Part shown: positions 47,856 to 58,455 of the stretch, in pieces
Position numbering within the stretch: position 1 is the first letter of the stretch
Layout: the number at the start of each line of letters is the position of its first letter
Source: a bacterium
GTDB lineage: Bacteria; Patescibacteriota; Microgenomatia; Curtissbacterales; GWA2-41-24
Direction of reading: 5' to 3'
DNA: 64,000 nt
Assembly (NCBI GenBank): GCA_021813945.1
Contig: JAKAJD010000001.1
Coordinates: 206,115 to 270,114 of the forward strand
Notes under the pieces: model-generated
What the model was told of the DNA's origin: nothing
Databases searched by the model: none
What the model saw: the letters and a program-made list of their open reading frames with translations, nothing else
Position numbers and translations under genes: made by a program

Positions 47856-49850
47856 ATGAAATTTGATCTAAAAGCAACATATAAACCAACCGGTGACCAG
47901 CCTCTAGCAATTGAGAAACTAGTTGATGGCCTAAGTAATAACTATCAACACCAAACGCTGCTTGGCGTAACTGGTTCCGGAAAAACTTTCACAGTTGCCA
48001 ATGTTATCCAAAAAATCCAAAAGCCAACGTTGGTTATCAGTCACAACAAGACGCTGGCAGCCCAACTCTACCAGGAATTCCGCGAATTCTTCCCAAACAA
48101 TGCGGTATGCTATTTCGTCTCTTATTACGACTATTACCAGCCCGAAGCCTATCTTCCCGCAACAGATACATATATAGAGAAAGAAACCGAGGTAAACGAG
48201 GAGATAGACAGGCTCAGGCTAGCAGCAACTACGGCACTTTCAACCAGAAACGACGTTATCGTAGTAGCTTCCGTCTCCGCAATCTACAATCTTGGGTCAC
48301 CTGAAGAATATAAAAACGCCCGCGTCGATCTAAAAGTCGGCCAGGCGTGGTCAAGACTCGACCTTCTCACAAATTTTGCCAGGCTTCAATATGAACGAAA
48401 CGATACGGATTTTGCCAGGGGAACCTACCGCGTCCGCGGCGAAAACGTAGAAATAATCCCTGCTTACGAAAATAATGGTTTAAGGCTCGCTTTCTCAAAC
48501 GATACAATCCGAAAAATAGAAACTATCCACCCCGTGACCGGGAAAATCATCAAGTCTCATGAAGCTTATGCCCTCTATCCGGCAAAGCATTATGTAACAG
48601 CTGATCCAACAAACGAAAACGTCATCTCCTCAATAAAAGACGAACTAAAAGCCCAGCTTAAATTCCTGGAATCAAAAGGGAAAGTTTTAGAAGCGCATCG
48701 CCTCAAACAACGTACGAACTACGATTTGGAAATGATAAAAACGCTGGGTTATTGCAAAGGTATCGAAAATTACTCCCGCTACTTTGACGGCAGAAAACCG
48801 GGCGAGGCACCATTTTCCCTAATTGAGCATTTTCCTAAAGATTATCTTTTAGTAATCGACGAGTCGCATATGACTATTCCTCAAATCCAGGGAATGTATA
48901 ACGGCGACCATGCCAGAAAAACCATGTTGGTTGATTTCGGCTTTCGGCTTCCGTCTGCATTCGACAACCGGCCGCTTAAGTTTGAAGAGTTTGCTCGCAG
49001 AATAAATCAGGCAATTTACACGTCGGCTACTCCGGCCCAATATGAAATATCCATATCAAACCAGGTAGTCGAGCAACTTATTCGTCCTACGGGATTAATA
49101 GATCCCCAAATATCTGTCCGCAAAACAGAAGGCCAGATAGAAGATCTAATAACAGAAATTGAAAAAAGAGTACAAAAACACCAACGGGTACTGGTCACCA
49201 CTCTCACAAAACGTATGGCCGAAGAACTTTCAAAATATCTCGAGGAAAAGAAAATTCGCGTAACCTACCTTCACAGCGAAATAGAAACACTAGACAGAAC
49301 GGATATTTTAGACGATCTTAGGCTTGGGAATTACGACGTTTTAGTTGGCATCAACCTTCTGCGCGAAGGTTTGGATCTTCCCGAAGTTACCCTCGTTGCC
49401 ATTCTAGACGCAGATAAAGAAGGTTTTCTCCGGTCGGAAACGTCACTTATCCAAACAATGGGCAGGGCTGCACGCCACGTAGACGGATCTGTAATTCTAT
49501 ATGCAGATACAGTCACCAAATCAATGGATAGAGCAATAAAAGAGGTCACAAGAAGAAGAAAAATCCAGATGGACTATAACGCCAAACACAACATCAAGCC
49601 CCGTTCAATCGAAAAACCTATCCGCGGAAAGCTAGTTGAGCGTCAAAAAGAAGAAGATAAAAAGCTAATCTACAGGGACACAGTAATAGCCAGTGTTATG
49701 GAAAGGGCCAAAGAAGGATCAATTTTACCTGAAGACAAAACAAAACTTATAAAATTTCTAAATCGCGAAATGAAATCAGCGGCCCGCGTCCTCGATTTCG
49801 AAAAAGCGGCGTATCTGCGTGATCAAATCATAGAACTCAAAACAAATTAG
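47856..49850 (+). CDS. uvrB: excinuclease ABC subunit B
   Basis: LLGVTGSGKT, YYDYYQPEAY, DESH, GFRLPSA.DNRPL, C-terminal UVR domain. Confidence 0.97.
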   Translation: MKFDLKATYKPTGDQPLAIEKLVDGLSNNYQHQTLLGVTGSGKTFTVANVIQKIQKPTLVISHNKTLAAQLYQEFREFFPNNAVCYFVSYYDYYQPEAYLPATDTYIEKETEVNEEIDRLRLAATTALSTRNDVIVVASVSAIYNLGSPEEYKNARVDLKVGQAWSRLDLLTNFARLQYERNDTDFARGTYRVRGENVEIIPAYENNGLRLAFSNDTIRKIETIHPVTGKIIKSHEAYALYPAKHYVTADPTNENVISSIKDELKAQLKFLESKGKVLEAHRLKQRTNYDLEMIKTLGYCKGIENYSRYFDGRKPGEAPFSLIEHFPKDYLLVIDESHMTIPQIQGMYNGDHARKTMLVDFGFRLPSAFDNRPLKFEEFARRINQAIYTSATPAQYEISISNQVVEQLIRPTGLIDPQISVRKTEGQIEDLITEIEKRVQKHQRVLVTTLTKRMAEELSKYLEEKKIRVTYLHSEIETLDRTDILDDLRLGNYDVLVGINLLREGLDLPEVTLVAILDADKEGFLRSETSLIQTMGRAARHVDGSVILYADTVTKSMDRAIKEVTRRRKIQMDYNAKHNIKPRSIEKPIRGKLVERQKEEDKKLIYRDTVIASVMERAKEGSILPEDKTKLIKFLNREMKSAARVLDFEKAAYLRDQIIELKTN

Positions 49851-49884
49851 CATCGGAAATTAAATTTGTGTATAATTCCAACCC

Positions 49885-50712
49885 ATGCTGGAACGCTACG
49901 GCATAGAGTATAGCCCCGACGGCAAGCTTCAAAAGCTAGACGCCCAAAGAGCTTTTGAAGTTGTCAGAGAAGATATTAGTGGGCTCTTTCAAATCCAAAC
50001 ACATGGGGCGGTTGTTGAATTCACAAGTCCGGAGGGATACGCACAAAGACTCAGAGACTTACTTGCAGCAAGAAACATAACAGATCAAGCCGATATTGAC
50101 GCAACTGTTAAAAGAATTGGGGAAGCAACAGAGATAGGTGGTGTAACAGCCTACTGTGGAGATCTTGACTTAGCATTAGAATGGAGGCCCAGGTATATTA
50201 TCTTTTTAAGTAATGCGTCAAAAATAACACACTTACCAGCAATACTAGCAGAGGAAGTAACACACGGTGAACACGAAGCCTATATGATTGATGATGTGGG
50301 GATGTCGTACGCCGATTACCAAACATCTTTTCACGCAATCTCAAAAGAATTTTTGGGTTATCTTGGAAGAAAAAGGGTCATTGAGATTATCGGTCTGGAA
50401 GGCAGATATGGAACAACACTTGACGCATCAAGAGACTTAACGGAGAACGAGTGGTCACACTTTATTGGTTACTGGATTGCAGACGACCTCTTAGATAAAG
50501 GCAAAAAGTTACCTTATAGAGAACTTTTCCACGCAACAAGCGAAGAAGAAATGTGGCATATTTTAAAAACAGCAATGGGAGATGATTTCAACTTTACCTT
50601 AAATTTTGCGGAGAATTTAAATTACGAGAAACTACAAGAAGCGCTAAATTCTATAATAAGGAGAAATAAAGCGGCCGATTATATAAAGCTCAACTTCAGG
50701 CAGATAAATTAA
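49885..50712 (+). CDS. hypothetical protein, possible degenerate zincin
   Basis: 275-aa ORF between uvrB and uvrA containing LAEEVTHGEH. Confidence 0.6.
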   Translation: MLERYGIEYSPDGKLQKLDAQRAFEVVREDISGLFQIQTHGAVVEFTSPEGYAQRLRDLLAARNITDQADIDATVKRIGEATEIGGVTAYCGDLDLALEWRPRYIIFLSNASKITHLPAILAEEVTHGEHEAYMIDDVGMSYADYQTSFHAISKEFLGYLGRKRVIEIIGLEGRYGTTLDASRDLTENEWSHFIGYWIADDLLDKGKKLPYRELFHATSEEEMWHILKTAMGDDFNFTLNFAENLNYEKLQEALNSIIRRNKAADYIKLNFRQIN

Positions 50713-50800
50713 CCGGAAAATCAATTTCTATGTCAGGTTTAATCACTTGAACAAATCTTGCCAAAGGTGATAAAATTTTCCCTCAGTGTACTAATCTTGT

Positions 50801-50816
50801 TTCGGTAAATATTCGG
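50801..50816 (+). promoter_or_regulatory. putative LexA operator upstream of uvrA
   Basis: TTCGG-TAAATA-TTCGG, downstream of a TGaTAAAAT -10 (50771-50776). Confidence 0.7.
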
Positions 50817-50869
50817 GTTTACACTGAAAAGCATCGACGAAGTGTTGCCTTATAAATTGAAATGTTCAT

Positions 50870-53755
50870 ATGGACAAAATAATCATAAAAGGTGCAAGGG
50901 AAAACAACCTTAAAAATTTAAGCGTTGAAATCCCAAAAAATAAGCTGATTGTCTTCACCGGCATTTCCGGTTCAGGTAAATCATCTTTGGCTTTCGACAC
51001 AATCTACGCAGAAGGCCAACGCCGTTACGTCGAATCGTTAGCCTCGTACGCTCGTCAGTTTCTTGGTGTGATGGACAAACCCGACGTTGACTCAATTGAA
51101 GGCCTTTCCCCAGCAATCTCGATCGATCAAAAATCAACTTCCCATAACCCTCGTTCAACTGTAGGTACAGTCACGGAAATTTACGACTACCTTAGACTTT
51201 TATTCGCAAGAGTTGGTCATCCACATTGCCCGATTTGCGGGCGTGAAATTGCCCATCAGTCTGCAGCACAAATAGTCGACGAAATTCAAAAATTACCACA
51301 ACAGACAGGTTCTAAAAACTTTAAAATCTTGCTTCTTTCTCCTGTTGTCAAAGACCGCAAAGGAGAATTCACACAACTTTTCAGGGATCTTTTGAAAAAG
51401 GGCTACCGCGAAGCCAGAATCGACGGTCAAATTAGAGAAATCGATGAAGATTTTACCCTCATCAAAACTAACAAACATACAATAGAAGTAGTTATGGATA
51501 GGCTGATAATCCCTGCGGAAAAGCAGCGCCTTTCTCAGTCAGTCGAGCAAGCGCTGAAGTTATCAGAAGGATCCCTTATAGCCTCTGAGATCCTAGATAA
51601 AAGCTTCGAAATTCAGAAATATCCCAAAGAGTTAAAGGACCATCTTTTTTCCGAAAAATTCACTTGTCCTGTAGATAACATTTCTTTGCCAGAAATAGAA
51701 CCTAGATCATTTTCTTTTAATTCACCTCATGGCGCCTGTCCAAAATGTAATGGCTTAGGGGCAATTAAGAAAGTCGATCCTAAATTGGTCATCAATCCAA
51801 ACCTAACCATAGCAGAAGGCGCAATACTTCCTTGGGCAAGGATAGTTGGAAGCGATTCATGGTCCTGGAGGGTGTTAGAAACAGTCTGCAAAGAAAACAA
51901 CATAAACATAAACATCCCTTTCCGTGACCTAAATCAAAGCGCTCGAGAGCAAATCTTAAACGGTACAGGCGATAAGCTTTATCGAATCAAGGGCCCAAAC
52001 AGGTTTGGCAAAATCGTGACTTGGGATAGCAATTTTGAAGGCGTAACAGAAAACATTGAGAATAAATATTCCCAGACAGAATCAGATTTCGTCAGGCGCG
52101 AAATTGAACGTTTTATGAGGCAAGAAGAATGTGAAACTTGCGTGGGAACCAGGCTCAAGCCGGAAGCACTTTCGGTGACAATCGAGAAAAGATCGATAGC
52201 TGACATCTCGCTCCTGAGCATACAGGATTTCTTTGCTTGGTTAGAAAAACTCCAAAAGAACGAAACAAATATTCTGTCAGAACGAGAAGCCCTGATTGCC
52301 AAACCTATCTTAAAAGAGCTGATAGCTCGAACAAAGTTTCTTGTCGACGTAGGTTTAGATTACCTAACAATTGCCAGGTCGGCTGTAACCTTGGCCGGTG
52401 GGGAAGCACAACGCATTCGTCTGGCGTCACAAATTGGATCTGGTCTTTCAGGCGTTTTATATGTTTTGGACGAGCCCTCAATTGGCCTTCACCAAAGAGA
52501 CAATCAACGCCTTATATCAACATTAAAAAAACTTCGCGATTTGGAAAACACGGTTATTGTAGTCGAACACGATAGCGAAATGATGTTTGCATCCGATGAA
52601 ATTTTGGATTTCGGACCTGGTGCGGGCGAACACGGGGGGCAGATAATTTCTCAAGGTTCCCCTCAAGCGATAACTAAGGACACAAATTCTTTAACTGGAA
52701 AATATCTATCTGGCAAAAAGGAAATCAAGCTGCCTAAAAGACGCATTGTTTCCAAAAGCGGCTTAGCGCTAGATCTTATAGGTGCAAAAGAACACAACCT
52801 CAAAGATATAGACGTGACATTTCCCCTGGGAAATTTAATTTGTGTAACAGGTGTATCTGGATCTGGCAAGTCGACATTAATCCATGACGTTTTGTATAAC
52901 GCGATAGCTGCCGAACTATACACGTCAAAAGACAAACCAGGTGCTTATAAGTCACTAAGGGGCTTAGAAAATGTTGATAAAGTGATTCTTATAGATCAGT
53001 CACCAATTGGCAGGACACCACGCTCTAATCCTGCGACCTATACCGGTGCCTTTACGCATATTCGCGAACTGTTTTCTCAAACAACGGACGCTCGAATCCG
53101 CGGCTACAACCCCGGACGATTTTCTTTTAACGTCAAAGGTGGCCGCTGCGAAGCTTGCGAAGGTGAAGGCCAGGTAAAAATAGAAATGCAATTTCTTCCA
53201 GACGTTTATGTTGATTGTGAAGTATGCGGGGGCAAAAGGTATAACGAAGAAGCCCTAGAGGTTCATTACAAAGGGAAAAATATCTCAGAAGTTCTCCAAA
53301 TGACAGTGGAAACCGCTTTAGAGTTTTTCCAAAACATTCCGCAAATTAAACAAAAACTGGAAACAATAAACGATGTAGGTCTTTCTTATATCCATTTAGG
53401 CCAGCCTGCGCCAACACTCTCTGGCGGGGAGGCTCAACGGGTAAAACTGGCAACCGAGCTATCCAAAAAGGCAACAGGCAGAACTATTTATATTTTAGAC
53501 GAACCAACAACCGGGCTTCATTTTGCCGATATCGAGAGGCTGCTCAAGATTTTGGATAGATTAGTTTCAACAGGGAACACTGTTATAGTCATTGAACATA
53601 ACATGGATATAATTGCCAATGCAGATTGGATAATCGATTTAGGACCGGAAGGCGGAAACAATGGCGGCCAGGTAATTGCAGAGGCAACACCGCAAGATTT
53701 GGCTAAAATTCCTGCGTCTTATACAGGGCAATTTCTCAAAAAGTATCGCACTTGA
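50870..53755 (+). CDS. uvrA: excinuclease ABC subunit A
   Basis: Two ABC ATPase modules ([26 protein letters not shown]) and zinc fingers. Confidence 0.97.
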   Translation: MDKIIIKGARENNLKNLSVEIPKNKLIVFTGISGSGKSSLAFDTIYAEGQRRYVESLASYARQFLGVMDKPDVDSIEGLSPAISIDQKSTSHNPRSTVGTVTEIYDYLRLLFARVGHPHCPICGREIAHQSAAQIVDEIQKLPQQTGSKNFKILLLSPVVKDRKGEFTQLFRDLLKKGYREARIDGQIREIDEDFTLIKTNKHTIEVVMDRLIIPAEKQRLSQSVEQALKLSEGSLIASEILDKSFEIQKYPKELKDHLFSEKFTCPVDNISLPEIEPRSFSFNSPHGACPKCNGLGAIKKVDPKLVINPNLTIAEGAILPWARIVGSDSWSWRVLETVCKENNININIPFRDLNQSAREQILNGTGDKLYRIKGPNRFGKIVTWDSNFEGVTENIENKYSQTESDFVRREIERFMRQEECETCVGTRLKPEALSVTIEKRSIADISLLSIQDFFAWLEKLQKNETNILSEREALIAKPILKELIARTKFLVDVGLDYLTIARSAVTLAGGEAQRIRLASQIGSGLSGVLYVLDEPSIGLHQRDNQRLISTLKKLRDLENTVIVVEHDSEMMFASDEILDFGPGAGEHGGQIISQGSPQAITKDTNSLTGKYLSGKKEIKLPKRRIVSKSGLALDLIGAKEHNLKDIDVTFPLGNLICVTGVSGSGKSTLIHDVLYNAIAAELYTSKDKPGAYKSLRGLENVDKVILIDQSPIGRTPRSNPATYTGAFTHIRELFSQTTDARIRGYNPGRFSFNVKGGRCEACEGEGQVKIEMQFLPDVYVDCEVCGGKRYNEEALEVHYKGKNISEVLQMTVETALEFFQNIPQIKQKLETINDVGLSYIHLGQPAPTLSGGEAQRVKLATELSKKATGRTIYILDEPTTGLHFADIERLLKILDRLVSTGNTVIVIEHNMDIIANADWIIDLGPEGGNNGGQVIAEATPQDLAKIPASYTGQFLKKYRT

Positions 53756-53780
53756 CACGTTAAAGCCAAAAACAGATACT
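53752..53780 (+). promoter_or_regulatory. sigma70 promoter directly above a start codon
   Basis: TTGACA-17-GATACT-7nt-GTG(53788). Confidence 0.6.
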
Positions 53781-53787
53781 TAACACT

Positions 53788-55665
53788 GTGAAATCGCTTG
53801 CCCGATTTTTACTGATCCTCCCGCTTTTCTTGCTGTTTACTTATTGCTTTCCAAAGCCTGCATATGCCGAAGGTGAATTTCAAACAGATTATCAGGTCAA
53901 CTACCAAGTAGGAACTGATGGAAAAACCGATGTTACCCAAAACATTACATTAACCAATAAAACTGCCAATTATTATGCAGATAAATTTGAACTGAAAATC
54001 GGTTCAACTAAAGTTACAAACGTAAAAGCTTCGGACGATGCTGGCAATCTAGAAACTAAGGTAAATTTTGACAATAACGTTACAACAATAGCGGTAAAGT
54101 TTAATCAAAGAGTCATAGGTGAGGGTAAAAAACTAAGTTGGAATCTTTCTTATTCATCCAACGAATTGGCAACAAAATCCGGCCAAATTTGGGAAATATC
54201 AATCCCAAGACTGGCATCATCGCAAGATATGGGAAACTATAATGCAACATTGGCAATCCCGCGAATTTTTGGGCCAATGGCTTTCACTACCCCAACACCC
54301 ATATCGACTCAGCAAAAGTCACAATCCCAGGAATTCGCATTCACAAAAGATCAGCTTTTGCAATCAGGAATTTCAATGTCCTTTGGAGAAAAACAAGTAT
54401 TTGCCTTTAAACTCAATTACTATCTCCAAAATAACAATGTAACATCACAAACATCAACAATCACACTTCCACCTGATAACAATTACCAGAAGATTGTTTT
54501 AGAAAAAATAGACCCGAAGCCTCAAGATGTAACAGTAGATGAAGACGGAAACTTTATCGCAAAGTATAAGCTTTCACCAAAGCAAAAATTAAATATTACA
54601 ACGCAAGGTTATGTAGAAGTTTTTTCCAAGCCATTCAGAAATATCGACTCACTGAATCAAGATCAGAAAAACGAATATCTGCAGCCGCAAAGATATTGGG
54701 AAACAGATAACGGTTTTATTAAAGACAAAGCAAACGAGCTTAAAACCCCCAAGCAAATATACAATTTTGTTTCATCATACCTTAGCTATAGCAACGACCG
54801 TCTTGCCCAGCAAACCATAGAAAGGAAAGGGGCAGCTGCTGCAATCCAGACACCCAAAGATTCAATTTGTATGGAATTTACAGATTTGTTTATTGCCATA
54901 GCAAGAGCTGCAAAAATTCCGGCCCGAGAAGTCGAAGGTTATGCCTTCACCCAAAATGAGCGCCTTAGACCGCTTTCGCTGACATTAAACAGTGGTGATG
55001 TACTTCATGCCTGGCCAGAATATTGGGATGACAACTTAGGGTGGGTTCAAGTAGACCCGACTTGGGGGTCAACTTCTGGTGGCTTGGATTACTTCAATAA
55101 ATTAGATTTTAATCACATAACATTTATCCAAAGGGGCATTTCATCAACAGATCCCCAACCGGCAGGTGCTTTTAAAGATAAAACAAAGCTCAATCAAAAA
55201 AGCGTTGATGTTTCTTTTGCTGAAGATCTACCCACGCCAACCTCAAGCGTCCAACTGCAACTTCTTACTCCCGAAACAATCTATTCCGGTATACCAACTA
55301 CAGTTACAGCCAACCTTATTAATTCTGGCTCGACGTCGATTATCAAGCAAAAACTCACCCTTAACTCGCAGATTTTGTCAATTACATCGCAAAACCCGCT
55401 TCTTATCAACTTGCTTCCGCCGTTTGCAAATAGAAACGTCAAGTTTGATGTGGAAACTAAAGGGAAGCTTAATCAGCAAAGAGATAATCTGATTGCCGGA
55501 TTTGCTGACTCACAAATTTCCAAACCAATACTCATAAAACCGATTTACGAAATAGCCTATTCATTGCCTTTTTTGGCATCACTACCCATTGCAATAGCAT
55601 TACTATATTTAGGCTTGCGATTTTACAATAAGCATCACAAGAAATACCGCAGAGCACAATATTAA
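53788..55665 (+). CDS. surface transglutaminase-like protein
   Basis: Signal peptide, Cys-His-Asp triad (ICMEFTDLF, HAWPE, VDPTW), C-terminal TM. Confidence 0.85.
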   Translation: MKSLARFLLILPLFLLFTYCFPKPAYAEGEFQTDYQVNYQVGTDGKTDVTQNITLTNKTANYYADKFELKIGSTKVTNVKASDDAGNLETKVNFDNNVTTIAVKFNQRVIGEGKKLSWNLSYSSNELATKSGQIWEISIPRLASSQDMGNYNATLAIPRIFGPMAFTTPTPISTQQKSQSQEFAFTKDQLLQSGISMSFGEKQVFAFKLNYYLQNNNVTSQTSTITLPPDNNYQKIVLEKIDPKPQDVTVDEDGNFIAKYKLSPKQKLNITTQGYVEVFSKPFRNIDSLNQDQKNEYLQPQRYWETDNGFIKDKANELKTPKQIYNFVSSYLSYSNDRLAQQTIERKGAAAAIQTPKDSICMEFTDLFIAIARAAKIPAREVEGYAFTQNERLRPLSLTLNSGDVLHAWPEYWDDNLGWVQVDPTWGSTSGGLDYFNKLDFNHITFIQRGISSTDPQPAGAFKDKTKLNQKSVDVSFAEDLPTPTSSVQLQLLTPETIYSGIPTTVTANLINSGSTSIIKQKLTLNSQILSITSQNPLLINLLPPFANRNVKFDVETKGKLNQQRDNLIAGFADSQISKPILIKPIYEIAYSLPFLASLPIAIALLYLGLRFYNKHHKKYRRAQY

Positions 55666-55688
55666 CCTATTTGTTACAATGCAAGGCT

Positions 55689-56954
55689 GTGAAGACTCTT
55701 GCAGAGAAGATTAAAAAACTCCCTAACACACCAGGGATTTACCAGTTTCTCTCGAAAGACAAAAAAATTATCTACGTCGGAAAATCTGTTTCGATCAAAA
55801 AACGCGTAGGTTCCTATTTTAACAACAAAAATTTAGGCCCTAAAACCGATATGCTCGTTAAAAATATTGCCGACGTAAAAACGATAAAGGTTTTTTCCGA
55901 ATTTGAAGCTTTAATGCTTGAATCGGAACTTATAAGAACCAATATGCCCTTTTACAACGTAATTGCCAAAGACGACAAAAGTCCAATTTACATCAAAATT
56001 GAAGGTGAGATTCCAATTATAAGCCTATCAAGAAAGGTAAAACCGCAACGGGGGGTATTTGTAAAAGGGCCTTTTCCGTCAGCAAAAGCCACAAAAGACG
56101 TTCTGAAAATCGTAAGAAAAGTTTTTCCATATTGCCAGCACAAAAACCCCAAGAAACCTTGTCTATACGTTCACCTAGGTCTATGCCCGTACCCATATAA
56201 AGACGCTGCGACGAAAATCGAATATAAAAAAACAGTCGATCGAATTAAAAAGCTTTTATCTGGTAAAAGTAAAAAGCTTATCCGAGAACTTTCTTCAGAA
56301 ATGCAACAAGCATCTAAAAAACTTGATTATGAAAAGGCAGCAAAAATTAAAAAACAGATTCAAAACCTTGAATATTTGGCTACTGTTTTTCACACCCCAA
56401 GAGAATTCCTGGAAAAACCAACACTTGTAGACGACTTAGCTTTAATAAGGTTAAAAGATTTAAAAGCGAAACTTAATTTGAAAAAGCTCCCTAGAAGGAT
56501 TGAATGCTACGACATTTCAAATTTGCAGGGTAAGCTTGCAACGGGATCGATGGTTGTATTTATAAACGGGGCAGTAGAAAAATCAGAGTACAGGCGTTTT
56601 AGAATAAAATTTTCAAACAAGCCGAACGATTATCAAATGCTTCAGGAAGTTATCACAAGGCGCCTTAAAAATTCTTGGCCTCAACCTGACTTAATGATCA
56701 TAGATGGTGGAAGAGGTCAACTAAATGCGGCGCTTTCAATACTTGCAAAATTTAAAAGTGGCGATATTCAGGTTGCATCCCTTGCGAAACGGCTGGAGCA
56801 GATATTCATTCCGGACAAAATATTACCAATTGCCCTTCCTAAGGAAAGCCCTGCGAGACAACTCGCACAAGCAGTTCGTGACGAAGCACATCGATTCGCC
56901 ATAACTTACCATAGACACTTAAGATCTAAAGCTTTCCTAAGCCGAATAACTTGA
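55689..56954 (+). CDS. uvrC: excinuclease ABC subunit C (compact form)
   Basis: PGIY..IYVGKS GIY-YIG domain, UVR, ECYDIS, IDGG.GQL, RDEAHRFA. No C-terminal HhH. Start revised to GTG 55689. Confidence 0.88.
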   Translation: MKTLAEKIKKLPNTPGIYQFLSKDKKIIYVGKSVSIKKRVGSYFNNKNLGPKTDMLVKNIADVKTIKVFSEFEALMLESELIRTNMPFYNVIAKDDKSPIYIKIEGEIPIISLSRKVKPQRGVFVKGPFPSAKATKDVLKIVRKVFPYCQHKNPKKPCLYVHLGLCPYPYKDAATKIEYKKTVDRIKKLLSGKSKKLIRELSSEMQQASKKLDYEKAAKIKKQIQNLEYLATVFHTPREFLEKPTLVDDLALIRLKDLKAKLNLKKLPRRIECYDISNLQGKLATGSMVVFINGAVEKSEYRRFRIKFSNKPNDYQMLQEVITRRLKNSWPQPDLMIIDGGRGQLNAALSILAKFKSGDIQVASLAKRLEQIFIPDKILPIALPKESPARQLAQAVRDEAHRFAITYHRHLRSKAFLSRIT

Positions 56955-57000
56955 AAACCGTAAGATAAAATGCCAAAATCAGATGTGATCGCCTGTCCTT

Positions 57001-57402
57001 ATGCGCCATTACATAAAGTCTCTCTTAATCGCCATTGCCTCGGTCTATACAACCATTAACATATTCCCAGTTGTAGGGTTAGGCGCGAATCCAAAAAACC
57101 TTGTTCTTCTTATAGGCGGTTTTTGGCTAATAACACTTCTTATAAATCCTATTTTTTCAATCGTTTTTCTACCTATAAATATTTTAACTTTTGGCCTTGT
57201 TTCTGCAATTTTAAATATAGCTTTTCTATTTGCTCTAATGACCTTTCTTCCCGGTTTTCATATAAAAGCTTACACTTTTCCCGGTGCCACCATAAATGGA
57301 GTGATTTTACCGGCGGTTCATCTAAATCAGGTACTAACCATAGCTGCTATTGCCATCTCAATTACCATTTTACAAAAAATTCTCCACATAATTTTTGAGT
57401 AA
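57001..57402 (+). CDS. phage-holin-family-4 / YvlD-like 4-TM membrane protein
   Basis: INPI..LPINILTFGL..ILN motif. Confidence 0.75.
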   Translation: MRHYIKSLLIAIASVYTTINIFPVVGLGANPKNLVLLIGGFWLITLLINPIFSIVFLPINILTFGLVSAILNIAFLFALMTFLPGFHIKAYTFPGATINGVILPAVHLNQVLTIAAIAISITILQKILHIIFE

Positions 57403-57452
57403 GCAGAAAATATGCTCGACATAAAGTCAATTTTAGGTTAATATACCCAACA

Positions 57453-58448
57453 ATGTTTAGAAAATTTCTAAAACATTACTTCGAAATTCCAGAAGAAAAA
57501 AGTGCTATAACCTGCCTGGGTGGAGGCGTTGGCACCGCTCAAATCCTAAAAGGCCTAAGGGATCTGGATCTCGATATCACTGCTATAGTTTCGATGGCAG
57601 ACGACGGTGGTTCTGCAGGCAGGCTGCGGCGGGCATTTGCCGTTCCTCCTCCCGGTGATTTAATCAACTGCCTTGCTGCACTTTCGGAAGAAGAATCGGT
57701 AATCCGTGACCTCTTTTTGTATCGCTTCGAGGGTAAACGTTACGGTAAAGACACAGATTTAGGCGGTCAAAAACTCGGAAATTTAATTTTCGTTGCCTTA
57801 ACACATATTTACAAGGGTAATACCGAAAGGGCTCTTGAAGAACTTTCTAAAATCATCTCCTCTACAGGCAGGGTTCTTCCTGCAACAAAAGGCGATGTTA
57901 ATATTTGGGCAAAAACCCAAGAAGGCAAAAAAATATTCGGTGAAAAAAACATCGATTTCGGCAAATACAATGGCACAAGAACCCTAACTGAAGTCCATCT
58001 TAGCCCAGAATCACCTACAGCCTATAAACCATCTGTTGACGCAATTGCTGCTTCACAAGTATTAATCGCCGGGCCTGGCGACCTTTTCAGCACAGTTTTG
58101 CCAGTCCTTATAGTTCCCCAAATTAAAAAAGCAATCACGGCCTCTTTTGCGAAAAAACTTTTTATTGTCAATATTGCAAATAAGCCCTTTGAAACATCAG
58201 GCTTTAGCGTTTCGGATTACTTAAAAGCTCTAAAACACAATTTAGGTGCAAATATCTTTGACGCCGTTCTTGTAAATACTAACTACACTCCAAAAATCCC
58301 AAGCAAACTTAACTACTCTTATGTAAAATATGATAAAGAGAAGGTCGCGGATTATAATCTAAGGATAATTGAGGGAGATTTTGTTAAAGCAGATTTTCCT
58401 CTTTACCACGATCCGATAAAAGTGGCAAAAGCCATTGAAGATCTATGA
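57453..58448 (+). CDS. yvcK: YvcK/CofD family (gluconeogenesis factor, UDP-GlcNAc-binding)
   Basis: GGGVG, DDGGSAGRLR..PPGD, GNL, GPGDLFSTVLP. Confidence 0.87.
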   Translation: MFRKFLKHYFEIPEEKSAITCLGGGVGTAQILKGLRDLDLDITAIVSMADDGGSAGRLRRAFAVPPPGDLINCLAALSEEESVIRDLFLYRFEGKRYGKDTDLGGQKLGNLIFVALTHIYKGNTERALEELSKIISSTGRVLPATKGDVNIWAKTQEGKKIFGEKNIDFGKYNGTRTLTEVHLSPESPTAYKPSVDAIAASQVLIAGPGDLFSTVLPVLIVPQIKKAITASFAKKLFIVNIANKPFETSGFSVSDYLKALKHNLGANIFDAVLVNTNYTPKIPSKLNYSYVKYDKEKVADYNLRIIEGDFVKADFPLYHDPIKVAKAIEDL

Positions 58449-58455
58449 AAAATTT

